A DNA stretch of 64,000 nucleotides, taken from positions 6,496,001-6,560,000 of the forward strand of contig CBDETY010000003.1 of NCBI GenBank assembly GCA_965243025.1, in the 5' to 3' direction. The translations under genes were made by a program, and so were the position numbers. The notes under the pieces are model-generated. The model made no database searches, had not been told where the DNA came from, and saw only the letters and a program-made list of their open reading frames with translations. Positions 41,404 through 50,573 of this stretch are shown piece after piece (position 1 is the stretch's first letter; each line of letters opens with the position of its first letter). The DNA is from Candidatus Latescibacterota bacterium (GTDB lineage: Bacteria; Latescibacterota; UBA2968; UBA8231).

Positions 41404-42375
41404 ATGATGTCCGGGAGAAATTGCACGCGTTTCACAGCGGCGGCCGTCGCAACGGTCGTTGCCTTGATGGGAGCCGCCGAGGCCCAGTGGGAGCGGGCCA
41501 AGGTTTACGACCTCCCGAAGTTCACGCAGCCCCCCGTCCTCGACGGGGACCGCTTCACGGTGGAGGACGAGTGGGCGGGCACCCTGGCCCTCGAGTGCTC
41601 CCCCTCGGTGGTGTCGGCGGACGGCGGCGAGTTCGGCTGGCGCGACGCTGAAAACCAGTGGAGCAACGTCAGCGCCAACCAGCTGGTCCAGAGCGAAGGC
41701 GAGGATGGGGCCATCGCCCGCACCGACGCCGACCTCTGGACCCTGATCTACCACGCATGGGACGACGATGCCGTCTACTTCTTCGTCGAGACCCGCGACA
41801 ACGTGCGCGACGTCTCCGACGGGGGCGCGGAGCCGTTCCTGTGGTGGGAGCGCGACAGCATAACCATCCATTTCGACCTGCTCAACGAGGACATCAACTA
41901 CGATCAGGCGACCGACACCTTCAGCGGCACAGGCTACAACGCCATCAACTTCGTGGCCGCGCCGATGAACTCGAGCGAAGTGACCCGCACTTACGAGAAC
42001 ATCGTGCAGGGCAAGCGGGAATTTCACCAGGATCCCGACATCCTCGAGGGAATGGAGTACGGGTTCCGCGATGCCGGCGACGAGTTCGGCGGCGAAGCCG
42101 ACTACACGATCGAAGGCAGGGTCACCTGGGATGCCCTGGTGCGGGGCGGCAACCTGCCCTCCCCGCCGGAGGCGGGCTCCGAAATGGGCTTCTCGTGGAT
42201 CCCCCTGGATCCCGACAACGACGAGTCGTACGGCGGACAGCTGCAGTGCGAGGGCTGGATCCCCGAGCTGGCGACCTACTCCACCTGGATCTTCTCCGAG
42301 ACGCCTGCCGGACCTTCGGCGACGGCGGTGGAAGAGGATTCCTGGGCTGACATCAAGAAAACCTTCGTCGACTAG
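41404..42375 (+). CDS. Secreted CBM9/DOMON-like sugar-binding protein with SWxxIK tail (copy 1)
   Basis: Signal peptide ending AEA; PPVLDG..EW, AWDDDA.YFF.E.RD, WERDS, Y.IEG..W..L; SD aaggag. Confidence 0.75.
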   Translation: MMSGRNCTRFTAAAVATVVALMGAAEAQWERAKVYDLPKFTQPPVLDGDRFTVEDEWAGTLALECSPSVVSADGGEFGWRDAENQWSNVSANQLVQSEGEDGAIARTDADLWTLIYHAWDDDAVYFFVETRDNVRDVSDGGAEPFLWWERDSITIHFDLLNEDINYDQATDTFSGTGYNAINFVAAPMNSSEVTRTYENIVQGKREFHQDPDILEGMEYGFRDAGDEFGGEADYTIEGRVTWDALVRGGNLPSPPEAGSEMGFSWIPLDPDNDESYGGQLQCEGWIPELATYSTWIFSETPAGPSATAVEEDSWADIKKTFVD

Positions 42376-42397
42376 TTCCGTTTCTTTCAGTGTTGGC

Positions 42398-42452
42398 CGT
42401 CCCGGCCGCATTCCGGAGCGGGCCATGGCTCGCCTCCGTTGCGGCCGGGACG
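42398..42452 (+). other. Long stem-loop between binding-protein and transporter genes
   Basis: cgtcccggccgca...tgcggccgggacg outer arms with inner cggag/ctccg pairing. Confidence 0.7.
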
Positions 42453-42508
42453 CGTTGTTTCCCCGACCCGGGGCGGAAGGCGCATAAAGCTGCCATGGCG
42501 GACACTCG

Positions 42509-44530
42509 TTGCCCGGAGTAGCGGCCGAGGTCGACGACGTGTCCTGGCCACCCGGATCCGTACGGCGAGTGCCGGAGTGCGCCCCGAGGGCATCCGGGCT
42601 GACCGTCCGGTCGATGACCCTGGGCCTGGCGCTCGTCCTGGCCGTGTGCATCGGGGGGCCCTGCTCCCTGTGGGTGATCGGTTCCAACGATTTCACCTGG
42701 TCCCACTTTCCCGACGGCGTCGGGATTCCCTTTCTGTTCCTGGTAGCGGGGAACATCATTCTCCGTTGGCTGCGGCCCGGATGGGTCCTGAGCCCCGCCG
42801 AGCTCATCACCATCATCGTCATGGGTCTGGTGGTGACCGGGATCCCGATCTTCCTGGTCGGCTACCTCCTCTCGATCCCGACCACGCCCCACTACTTCGC
42901 CTCGCCCGAAAACCAATGGGGCAGGTACGTCGTGCCCTACCTGCCCGACTGGCTGCTGCCGAGCAACGAGGGGCTCGCCATGACGTGGTTCTTCGAAGGC
43001 CTGCCCTTCGGACAGCCCGTGCCGTGGTCGACCCTGCTGCAGGCCTGGGTCTTCCCCCTTGCCATGTGGCTCACCTTCATCGGCGCCCTCTACTTCGCCT
43101 GCTTCGTCCTCGTCGTCATCCTGCGCAAGCAATGGGTCGAGCGGGAGCGGCTGGACTTCCCCCTCATGCGGGTGCCGGAGGCGCTGCTGGAGAGGGGGAC
43201 GGGGTCGTCCCCGGTTCCCGCCCTGCTTCGCAGCCGGGTATTCTGGATCGGTGCCGCCCTCCCGCTGGGCATCATTCTGTGGAACATCTCCGGCTATTTC
43301 TACCACTTCATCCCCCAGATTCCCTTCCACTATCAGGTTCAGGTCGCCCGCGGCTTCCCGACCATGGAGTTCAACCTGAACGGCCCCATCATCGGGTTCA
43401 TGTACTTCGTGAACCTCAACGTGTCGTTCAGCATCTGGTTCTTCTACCTGCTGACGACGGTGGAAGAGGGAATCTTCAATCGCTTCGGCATCGGCGTCAC
43501 CGAGGGGAATGCCTTCGTCTGGGGGCTGCCTTCGACGTCGTGGCAGAGCTGGGGGGCCTTCGTTTTCATGGTCCTCTGGGGGCTGTGGATGGCCCGGAGC
43601 CATCTGCGGGACGTGATTCGCAAGGCCCTGGACTCCCGTCACCCCGTGGACGACCGCGGGGAGCTGCTGCCCTACCGGATCGCCGTGACGGGCTTTGCCG
43701 TCGCCCTCCTCTACATGCTGGTGTGGCTCAATCGGGCCGGGATGTCCTGGCCGGTGGCGGGCCTGTTCCTCGCGTGCGTGCTGATCGCCTATCTCGGCAT
43801 CACCCGCCTGGTGATACAGGGAGGAGTCTACTTCGTGTCTACCCCGGTGGTGGCCCAGGCGATGACGATGGAGACCTTCGGCGCCAACGCGATCTCGCCT
43901 CATGGACTGGGGGCTCTCGGGTTGAGCTACTCGTTCTTCGGCGACGTCCAGTCGGTGTTCATGCCGTCGGCCGCCCACGCCGCGCGGCTCCGCGACAGGA
44001 TGCAGGTCGGGCGAACCGGGCTGTCGGTTGCCATCCTGCTCGCCGTGGTCGTGGGGTTCGCCGCATCCATCGGCTGCATCCTCTACATGGGGTACGACCA
44101 GGGGGCTTCCAACTTCAACTCCTGGTTCTACCGGGTCTCCTCCGGCGCCGGTGTGCTGACCTTCAACGACGTCATGGGCAAGGTCAAGAACCCCGCAGGA
44201 CCGGACGGCTCCAAGCTCGGTTTCTTCGGCGCCGGCGGCTTGCTGATGGGCGCGTTGACTTTCATGCAGTACCGCTTCCCGTGGTGGCCGCTCCATCCCA
44301 TCGGGCTGACCATCGCATCGGTGTGGATGATCCGGCGCCAGGCCGCCGCCATCTTCCTGGCGTGGTCGGCGAAGACCGTCATCCTGCGCTTCGGCGGCCT
44401 CGAGCTCTACCGCCGGGCGGCGCCGTTCTTCATCGGGCTCATCCTGGGGCAGTGGATCGGGGTGGGAATCTCGTTCGTCGTCGATCTCCTGTTCTTCTAC
44501 GGGGACGGCCATGTCATCATGCATGCGTGA
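42509..44530 (+). CDS. DUF6785/DUF6784 multi-TM putative transporter (copy 1)
   Basis: EL..I, YFA.PEN.W, RKQWVERERL.FP, SFSIWFFYLL, RFPWWPLHPIG, LR.GG..LYRRA.PFF.GL. Confidence 0.8.
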   Translation: MPGVAAEVDDVSWPPGSVRRVPECAPRASGLTVRSMTLGLALVLAVCIGGPCSLWVIGSNDFTWSHFPDGVGIPFLFLVAGNIILRWLRPGWVLSPAELITIIVMGLVVTGIPIFLVGYLLSIPTTPHYFASPENQWGRYVVPYLPDWLLPSNEGLAMTWFFEGLPFGQPVPWSTLLQAWVFPLAMWLTFIGALYFACFVLVVILRKQWVERERLDFPLMRVPEALLERGTGSSPVPALLRSRVFWIGAALPLGIILWNISGYFYHFIPQIPFHYQVQVARGFPTMEFNLNGPIIGFMYFVNLNVSFSIWFFYLLTTVEEGIFNRFGIGVTEGNAFVWGLPSTSWQSWGAFVFMVLWGLWMARSHLRDVIRKALDSRHPVDDRGELLPYRIAVTGFAVALLYMLVWLNRAGMSWPVAGLFLACVLIAYLGITRLVIQGGVYFVSTPVVAQAMTMETFGANAISPHGLGALGLSYSFFGDVQSVFMPSAAHAARLRDRMQVGRTGLSVAILLAVVVGFAASIGCILYMGYDQGASNFNSWFYRVSSGAGVLTFNDVMGKVKNPAGPDGSKLGFFGAGGLLMGALTFMQYRFPWWPLHPIGLTIASVWMIRRQAAAIFLAWSAKTVILRFGGLELYRRAAPFFIGLILGQWIGVGISFVVDLLFFYGDGHVIMHA

Positions 44531-44698
44531 ACGCTGCGCAATGCCGCGAAGCAGCTCACCCTGCGGTGCCTCTCGACACGAGGGGGACGCAGATGGATTG
44601 CCGGGGCCTCCCGTGCGAGGTCGGGTGGGCGGGAGAGTTGCCGAAAACTCCGCGGCTTTCGGAAGAATTGAGGGGCGGCCCCGCCCGGGAGGTGTCTC

Positions 44699-46177
44699 AT
44701 GCCTGACAAACTGATCGGGATGTACGTCCACCAGCACTGGCCGTACAACCACCCCTACGCCGCCCGCACCTGGTCTCTGGAGGACTGGCGCGGATACGCC
44801 GACGGCCTCCGCCGGATCGGGTTCAATTCGATAATGATCTGGCCCATGCTCGAGACCATGCCCTCGCCGCTCACCGGGAGCGACAGGGCCTGTCTCGAGA
44901 AGGTGGGGGATGTGATCGGGATGCTGAAGGGGGAATTCGGCATGCGGGTAGTCACCGCGCTCTGTCCGAATGTCGCCGCCGTCGATGAGGTGGCGGCCCG
45001 GACCTCCTGCAAGGACAGGCACTTCTTCCACTGCGACATCCGCGTGAACCCCGCCGACCCCGTGGCGCTCGACCGGATGCTGCGGTGGCGCGAGGAGATC
45101 CTCGCTCCTCTGAGGGAGACCGACGCCATCTCCATCATCGACAGCGACCCCGGGGGGTACCCGGGCTCCACGAACGAGGAGTTCGTTCACCTGCTCGCCG
45201 AACACCGGAAGCTGTTCGACCGACTCCGGCCGGGGATCGAGCTGATCTACTGGGTCCACGCGGGATGGGAGGCCTACAGCCGCTTCTACGAGACCGGGAA
45301 GTTCGAGTTCGGCCTCGAGGAGGAGTTCGTCGACACCCTGAAGCGCCTGGCGGAGATCGATCCCGAGCCCTGGGGCATCGCCAACGGCCTCGAGTTCGCC
45401 GAGCCGCTGGGTCTCCGGGACCGCGTTCTCGGTTTCAACTACGGGGCCATCGAGGGGGAGCCGACGTTTCCCCTTACGAACTTCACCCCTGAGAGCGCCC
45501 GCGAGATCGGAGCCAGGGACATGCCGAGGGGGGTCCTGGGAAACGCCCAGACCCACTGTGTTCAGCTGCCGAACACCTTTGCCTTCGCCCGCGGCGCTCA
45601 GGGCAACCCCGTAGAAGACGGTGACGTGCTGGAGTTCGCCGCAGGGCTGCTCCCGGACCACGCCGGGCTGATCCTGAGCTCCTGGAAGGCCATGGAGGCG
45701 GGCGAGCCGAAGATGCAGGCCGAACTCTCCGCCAGCCTGGAGGAGATTCAGGGAAACGATCTCAGGTCGGGTGAACTGGGCGGGCTGCTCCTGGGAAGCC
45801 CGCGTCGATTTCTCAACGACCTGGTCCTTCAGCTGAGGCTGAAGGCGGCCTGCGGGGACCTGTGCGCGGCGATTCACAGCGGTGCCGGTCACAGGGACGC
45901 GCTGCAGCGGTTCGTCTTTGCAGCAGACCTGTGGCAGGCCAAACACGGTTACCGAAACCGCTGGGAGTGGCCGGAGCTCGCGGCCGCCCTCGAGAAACTC
46001 GGAAACCGGGAGATCGATCGCGCACTGGATCAGTGGGTCGGTGAAGGCGAGGGTTTCGCCTTCGTGAAATCCCGCTACTTCCGTGAAGAGACTCAAACCC
46101 TGACCCTGCTCCAGGCGCTGAAGCGCGCGTTCATCGGAGAGGCGAACCTGGGGGGGCAGGGGGCCTGGGGTGATTAA
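44699..46177 (+). CDS. Hypothetical GH-like TIM-barrel protein
   Basis: GMYVHQHW.YNHPYA.RTW..EDW..Y.D.L...GFN, DSDPGG. Confidence 0.65.
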   Translation: MPDKLIGMYVHQHWPYNHPYAARTWSLEDWRGYADGLRRIGFNSIMIWPMLETMPSPLTGSDRACLEKVGDVIGMLKGEFGMRVVTALCPNVAAVDEVAARTSCKDRHFFHCDIRVNPADPVALDRMLRWREEILAPLRETDAISIIDSDPGGYPGSTNEEFVHLLAEHRKLFDRLRPGIELIYWVHAGWEAYSRFYETGKFEFGLEEEFVDTLKRLAEIDPEPWGIANGLEFAEPLGLRDRVLGFNYGAIEGEPTFPLTNFTPESAREIGARDMPRGVLGNAQTHCVQLPNTFAFARGAQGNPVEDGDVLEFAAGLLPDHAGLILSSWKAMEAGEPKMQAELSASLEEIQGNDLRSGELGGLLLGSPRRFLNDLVLQLRLKAACGDLCAAIHSGAGHRDALQRFVFAADLWQAKHGYRNRWEWPELAAALEKLGNREIDRALDQWVGEGEGFAFVKSRYFREETQTLTLLQALKRAFIGEANLGGQGAWGD

Positions 46178-46243
46178 ACCGGTCAGGTTCGTTGCCTCGT
46201 CCGTGACGATTGAACCCGAAGCCGACAGATAAGGAACCCGGCC

Positions 46244-48007
46244 ATGCGTTGCTTCCATTTTCTGCTTGCCGCCGCGCTGTTCGCCGCCTGTGACGGAGAT
46301 CCCCTTTCGGACCGGGGGCTCGGGGGCCTCGCCGCCGGTGCCGCGCCGGCTCCTTCGGGTTGGAGCGGCGAGCCCTGGGCGGAGGAGCGGGGTGTCTACA
46401 CCTTCGTCCTCGGCACCTACCACGCCCCCTGGGGAAACAGAGATTGGACCTTCGATCAGTGGAGGAGCTACGTCGATTTCCTCGCGTTTCTCGGCCTGAA
46501 CCACTTTCAGGTGATGCGCGCTCCCTGGTCGGAGCGGCCGGCGGAGACCGCGATGGAAGAGGAGAAGGAAAGGCTCTGGCGCGATGTATTGGCCCACGCC
46601 CGGAGCCGGGGCATGCGAACCTCCGTGATCCTGAGCTCGACGTTTCACGGCACGCCGGGAAACCCGTGGCACATTCTGTCCCCCAACAGTCCGGACCATC
46701 CCCACTGGCAGACGCTGCTGGCGGATTATGCCTACTTCGCCGAGCGCTATGGCGAGACGGTCGACGAGTGGCACTTCGGCGTCGAAGACCCCGGCGGCTG
46801 CCCGCGATGCTCCGGATCGGGTTGGGCCGGTTTCACCCCCACGGAGGAGTGCAATCCCGAAAACCCCGTCTGCACGCAGTCCGACCTCTTCGCCCTGATG
46901 CTGGAGGGGCGCCGCCTGGCGCGCCAACACAATCCCGACGCCGAGATCGTGGCCCAGACCTGGGCGGCCGGACACGGGAGCTGGTGGGCGCCCGACCCGG
47001 GTCACGGGGACACGGTCGACAACTTCCTGAGACTCGCCCGGGACCTGCCCGAAACGGTCGCGATCGGCACGCACGGTCACGAGCTGGAGCTGACCGAACG
47101 TCTCCGGGAGGGATCGGGCCGCGTGCTCGTCGCCTGGCCCTTCTATCTGCTCGACCACGAGTTCAGCGCCGGCATGACGCGGATGCACTTTGCGTGGACG
47201 AACGGGTACCTGCGAAGGCTCAAGGAGTCCGGGTTCCGCTCAATAGTGCCGCACGTCACCCATCCCGTCTTCCTCGCGCCCATGCTCTACGTGTACGCGG
47301 GATGGCTCCACGACATCGATCGCGATCCCCGGGAGCTCCTGGAGGAGTTTTCAGCCCACCTGGTCGGGGGAAACGGGGACGCCGCCGAGCTGGCGGCAGC
47401 GATGTATGAGCTGGGGATGTTCTGGGATCGCATTGTCGGCATCGCCAACTGGGACCCCTCCATCTTCCTCCCCCTCGAAGAAACACCCCCCCACCGCGGC
47501 CGCTACACGGAGGAGACGATCGAGCGCATCGACCTGGCCCGCGAGGCGATGCGAGCCGTCGGCCCGGCGCGTCCGGAGAGCGGGATGCCGATGGTGGTGA
47601 CGCCCGGGGAGTGGGTGGGAATGCTCCGGGACCAGATCGAGATCACCTGGAACTACGCGCACTTCGATCAGCTCCTCGATGCCGCCGCCGCGGCGGATGC
47701 GGCGGCCGGGCGCATCGGGGCGGGCGGCGGGACTCTGACCCGTGCAGAGGCGGAGCTGTTTGTCGAAGAGCTGGGAGACGGGCGCTTTCTCGCGCGCGAG
47801 GCGTTGCAGGAGGCTCTCGAGTACCAGCACATGTATTGGCCGAACCCGACCCAGTGGGCTTCGCCCTTCGGTCTCATCTACGAGTCCCTCGCCGGGATAA
47901 CCCACCGCGCCGTGGTATTCGAGGAGAGCTCCCTGAGGATCGAAGGAGGCGCGCTCGTTTTGGATCACCCCGGCGGGGAGACCGTCACCTGGCATATCGC
48001 CGAGTGA
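46244..48007 (+). CDS. Hypothetical GH-like lipoprotein
   Basis: Lipobox LAAALFAAC; RGVY...W.F.QW..YVD.L...GLN, EDPGGC..C. Confidence 0.65.
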   Translation: MRCFHFLLAAALFAACDGDPLSDRGLGGLAAGAAPAPSGWSGEPWAEERGVYTFVLGTYHAPWGNRDWTFDQWRSYVDFLAFLGLNHFQVMRAPWSERPAETAMEEEKERLWRDVLAHARSRGMRTSVILSSTFHGTPGNPWHILSPNSPDHPHWQTLLADYAYFAERYGETVDEWHFGVEDPGGCPRCSGSGWAGFTPTEECNPENPVCTQSDLFALMLEGRRLARQHNPDAEIVAQTWAAGHGSWWAPDPGHGDTVDNFLRLARDLPETVAIGTHGHELELTERLREGSGRVLVAWPFYLLDHEFSAGMTRMHFAWTNGYLRRLKESGFRSIVPHVTHPVFLAPMLYVYAGWLHDIDRDPRELLEEFSAHLVGGNGDAAELAAAMYELGMFWDRIVGIANWDPSIFLPLEETPPHRGRYTEETIERIDLAREAMRAVGPARPESGMPMVVTPGEWVGMLRDQIEITWNYAHFDQLLDAAAAADAAAGRIGAGGGTLTRAEAELFVEELGDGRFLAREALQEALEYQHMYWPNPTQWASPFGLIYESLAGITHRAVVFEESSLRIEGGALVLDHPGGETVTWHIAE

Positions 48008-48222
48008 AGAGGCCGGCCCGAAGCGAAAGCGCAGCAGGAGGCAGGGCCGGCGGCATCGCTGCCCGGGCGGACCGGCTCCGCACAGCTCCCGCTTCGAGGA
48101 CCTGCGGCATGCGGCTTTGAAGCGAACCGGCCGATGCGGAAAGATGCGATGGCCTGGTCGATGTCAGGGGTGGGCGAAGTGCCCTCCCGTTTCAGAATCC
48201 AACCCGCAAGACAGCGAAACCG

Positions 48223-49800
48223 TCATACCCGATAGGCGAACAGTTTGGCCCCGAGCATGCGCACCCGGATCCCGACCGCCTCGCCCGCGGCCGATATGTC
48301 GGAACGGCCCTTCCAGGTCACCACCCGGTCCTCGCAGTCGCCGGTCAGGCGGTCGCACTCCTCGAAGGTGAACCCCGGCAGCGGGTCGGCGTCGGGCTGC
48401 ATCAGCGACGGCAGCTTTTCGAGCAGCTCTATCTGAATCCATCCGCCAGGCTCGCAGCGGTAGTTGAGGCGCAGCTCGTCGTGGACGCGGAACAGCGAGG
48501 GCAGGGAAAAGCCTCCCTCGGTGTCGGCGCGGATCCCGCAGAACCGGTGGGGGCGCCAGCGCGCCCAGCGGATCTGCTGCGGCTGCCGCGACGGGAAGAG
48601 CTCGGGAAGCTTCGCCTCCGGGCAGTCGTGGATGACGGAGAAGGAGGCGTAGGGACAGGCCCAGTACCCGTCGGGCAGCTCGACGATGCCGCTGCGCCAG
48701 AAGTGGGCCATGCACTCGTCGCCGTCCCCCTCGGCACCCAGCGGCAGGACCGGCCGGCGCTCGGGGCGCGACCAGTAGAGGCCGTCGCGGCTGAAGGCGA
48801 TCTGGCCGTCGATGGTGCTGGCGATCTGGTGGTACACCGGGATGAGCATGCCGTGCAGGTCGTCGCGGCCCGGGTAGGGGAAGTAGTTGGCGCCGTAGAA
48901 GCTGATGTCGGGCGGGTCCCCGGTGTCGGGGTGGTGGACGAGCTTGGGAGCGGGCCAGCTGGTGAAGTCGTCGGTGCGCGAGAAGCCGATGGTGCGGATC
49001 TGCATCCCCTGCTCGAGCCGGTTGACGCCGATGCCGTCGGGGAGCCCGGCGGGGTACCCCATCAACTGGATGTAGCAGAAGTAGCCGCCGCGGTGCTCGT
49101 CGTACCGGGCGGATATGCCGCCGTTGACGGGCCGCCTCGCCAGCGGCTCGGGCAGCGGCGTCCAGCGCAGGCCGTCGGGCGAGGTCCAGGCGAGCATGTC
49201 GCCGGCGATCTCCGCCCTGGGCCCGCTGTAATCGGCCTGCTCCTGCTCCGCCCTGATGCGCCGGGAGGGTTCCTCTCCCGACAGCTCCTCTCCGGTATCC
49301 GGGTCCCACCAGTACATGCGCCCCCCCATCGCCTTGAAGCGCTCTTCGGGAGGGGCGCTCGGATCCTCGAAGATTCCGGTGGTTCCCTCGCACGGGCGGG
49401 AGACCAGGTTGTTCCGGGTCGAGCCGTTGAACTCGACCTCCCCGAGCTCGGGCCGCGTCCAGCGGTAGGCGTCGTCGCTGACCGCGTAACACTGGCCTGC
49501 CGCGCTGCCGTAGAGCATGTGGAGGCGCCCGTCCCGCTTCCAGACGTAGAGCGGCGAGAGGTGGATGCCCTCCCACTCCGTCTCCGCCCGCAGGATCGGC
49601 TCCGACTTCAGCGCCTCCTCGATTTCGAAGCGGATCCCCAGCGGGGCGTCGTAGAGCTCGAGCTCGCCATCCCTGCTGGAGCCGCGGTGCCCGGGGAAGA
49701 CGTCGATCATGTCGACCAGGGGGCTCCAGGCCCCGGAGTTGAGGCGGATGCGCGGCGGGCGCCGTCTGGGGTCAGTGCTGTCGATGGTGCTGTCGGTCAT
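48223..49800 (-). CDS. Hypothetical beta-propeller (GH32/GH43-like) protein
   Basis: Asp-box-like motifs YAVSDD...W.RP, TSPDG..W, SRT.DF..W, FSRDG..W.RP; C-terminal beta-sandwich KLFAY. Confidence 0.65.
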   Translation of the reverse strand: MTDSTIDSTDPRRRPPRIRLNSGAWSPLVDMIDVFPGHRGSSRDGELELYDAPLGIRFEIEEALKSEPILRAETEWEGIHLSPLYVWKRDGRLHMLYGSAAGQCYAVSDDAYRWTRPELGEVEFNGSTRNNLVSRPCEGTTGIFEDPSAPPEERFKAMGGRMYWWDPDTGEELSGEEPSRRIRAEQEQADYSGPRAEIAGDMLAWTSPDGLRWTPLPEPLARRPVNGGISARYDEHRGGYFCYIQLMGYPAGLPDGIGVNRLEQGMQIRTIGFSRTDDFTSWPAPKLVHHPDTGDPPDISFYGANYFPYPGRDDLHGMLIPVYHQIASTIDGQIAFSRDGLYWSRPERRPVLPLGAEGDGDECMAHFWRSGIVELPDGYWACPYASFSVIHDCPEAKLPELFPSRQPQQIRWARWRPHRFCGIRADTEGGFSLPSLFRVHDELRLNYRCEPGGWIQIELLEKLPSLMQPDADPLPGFTFEECDRLTGDCEDRVVTWKGRSDISAAGEAVGIRVRMLGAKLFAYRV

Positions 49801-49949
49801 CGGGCGTCTCCATGTGAGGCGTGAAGTTCGAATAACGGAAACTGCGGCGCTGCTGATTGCGGTGAGGGGAGTTGAGGGACGCTTCTGCCGGGCACCCCCT
49901 GCCACGATGCCGGCGGTCGATCAGGGAAGTCGCCAACGCTCCCTCGGGA

Positions 49950-50210
49950 TCGGCAGTGCGCGGCATAGGGACCGGCTCCTTGCCCTTTCGGCGAACAACA
50001 GGTCGCGGGTCAGCCTCGCCTTGTGCTCCTGCGCCGAAGGCTGCGCCCACAGGTTGTCGACCCCATGGGACCGGTTCGAGGTCGAACAGCTCGCCGTATG
50101 CACGGTGGAAATAAACGCTGAGCTTGCAGGGGCTGTCGACTCAGGTCTTCTGGTGGATGGTGTCGGGCTCGTGGCGATTCTCGACGACGGCGTGGTCGCG
50201 GGCGGTCTCC
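49950..50210 (-). pseudogene. C-terminal remnant of a sulfatase
   Basis: Across frames: RDHAVVENRHEPDTIHQKT*..KLSVY...YGELFDLE / VDNLW / LLFAE / GKEP..MPR; internal stop and frameshifts. Confidence 0.65.
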
Positions 50211-50296
50211 CGCTCGCCGTGCCGACACCGCGTGATCGGTCCAGTCATCGAAGCCGGCCCTGGAATACCCGCTGCACGGAGAGACGACGGCTCCCT

Positions 50297-50401
50297 TGCT
50301 GCGGGATCGGCGGCATGCTGGCCTACGGGTTCGTGCGCGCCCGTTGTGAGGACTGCGGGGCGAGCCAAGCCGTTGCCTTTTTCTGCAAGAAGCGGGTGTT
50401 C
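50297..50401 (+). mobile_element. IS91-family transposase zinc-binding domain remnant
   Basis: CG....LAYGFVRARCEDCG....VAFFCKKR.F matches the IS91 Zn-finger pattern CG..GF..RC..C...VAFSCK.R.F. Confidence 0.65.
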
Positions 50402-50573
50402 CGGCCAGAAAAAGCCGCCCTCGAGAGGGGGCTCCTTTATTTCATGTACAGCAACAATTTTCGGCCACTTACCTATCAATTTATGGTTGACCATCGGACC
50501 CCCACGTCACAGACTTTCCAGGAGGCCGTCACTCGTTGCTACTTGTCGGTTGGGCTCGAGAGGACACTCACCA

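Noticed and set aside
42353-47188. 1611-aa minus-strand ORF (also 9945..12824, 21877..24822, 38030..41071 and similar)
   Set aside because: Antisense or alternate-frame shadows of well-supported genes in high-GC DNA; no motifs and biased composition.
50124-50573. Extended N-terminus of the 1044-aa ORF
   Set aside because: Reads through pseudogene and IS debris; the signal peptide begins at ATG 50574.
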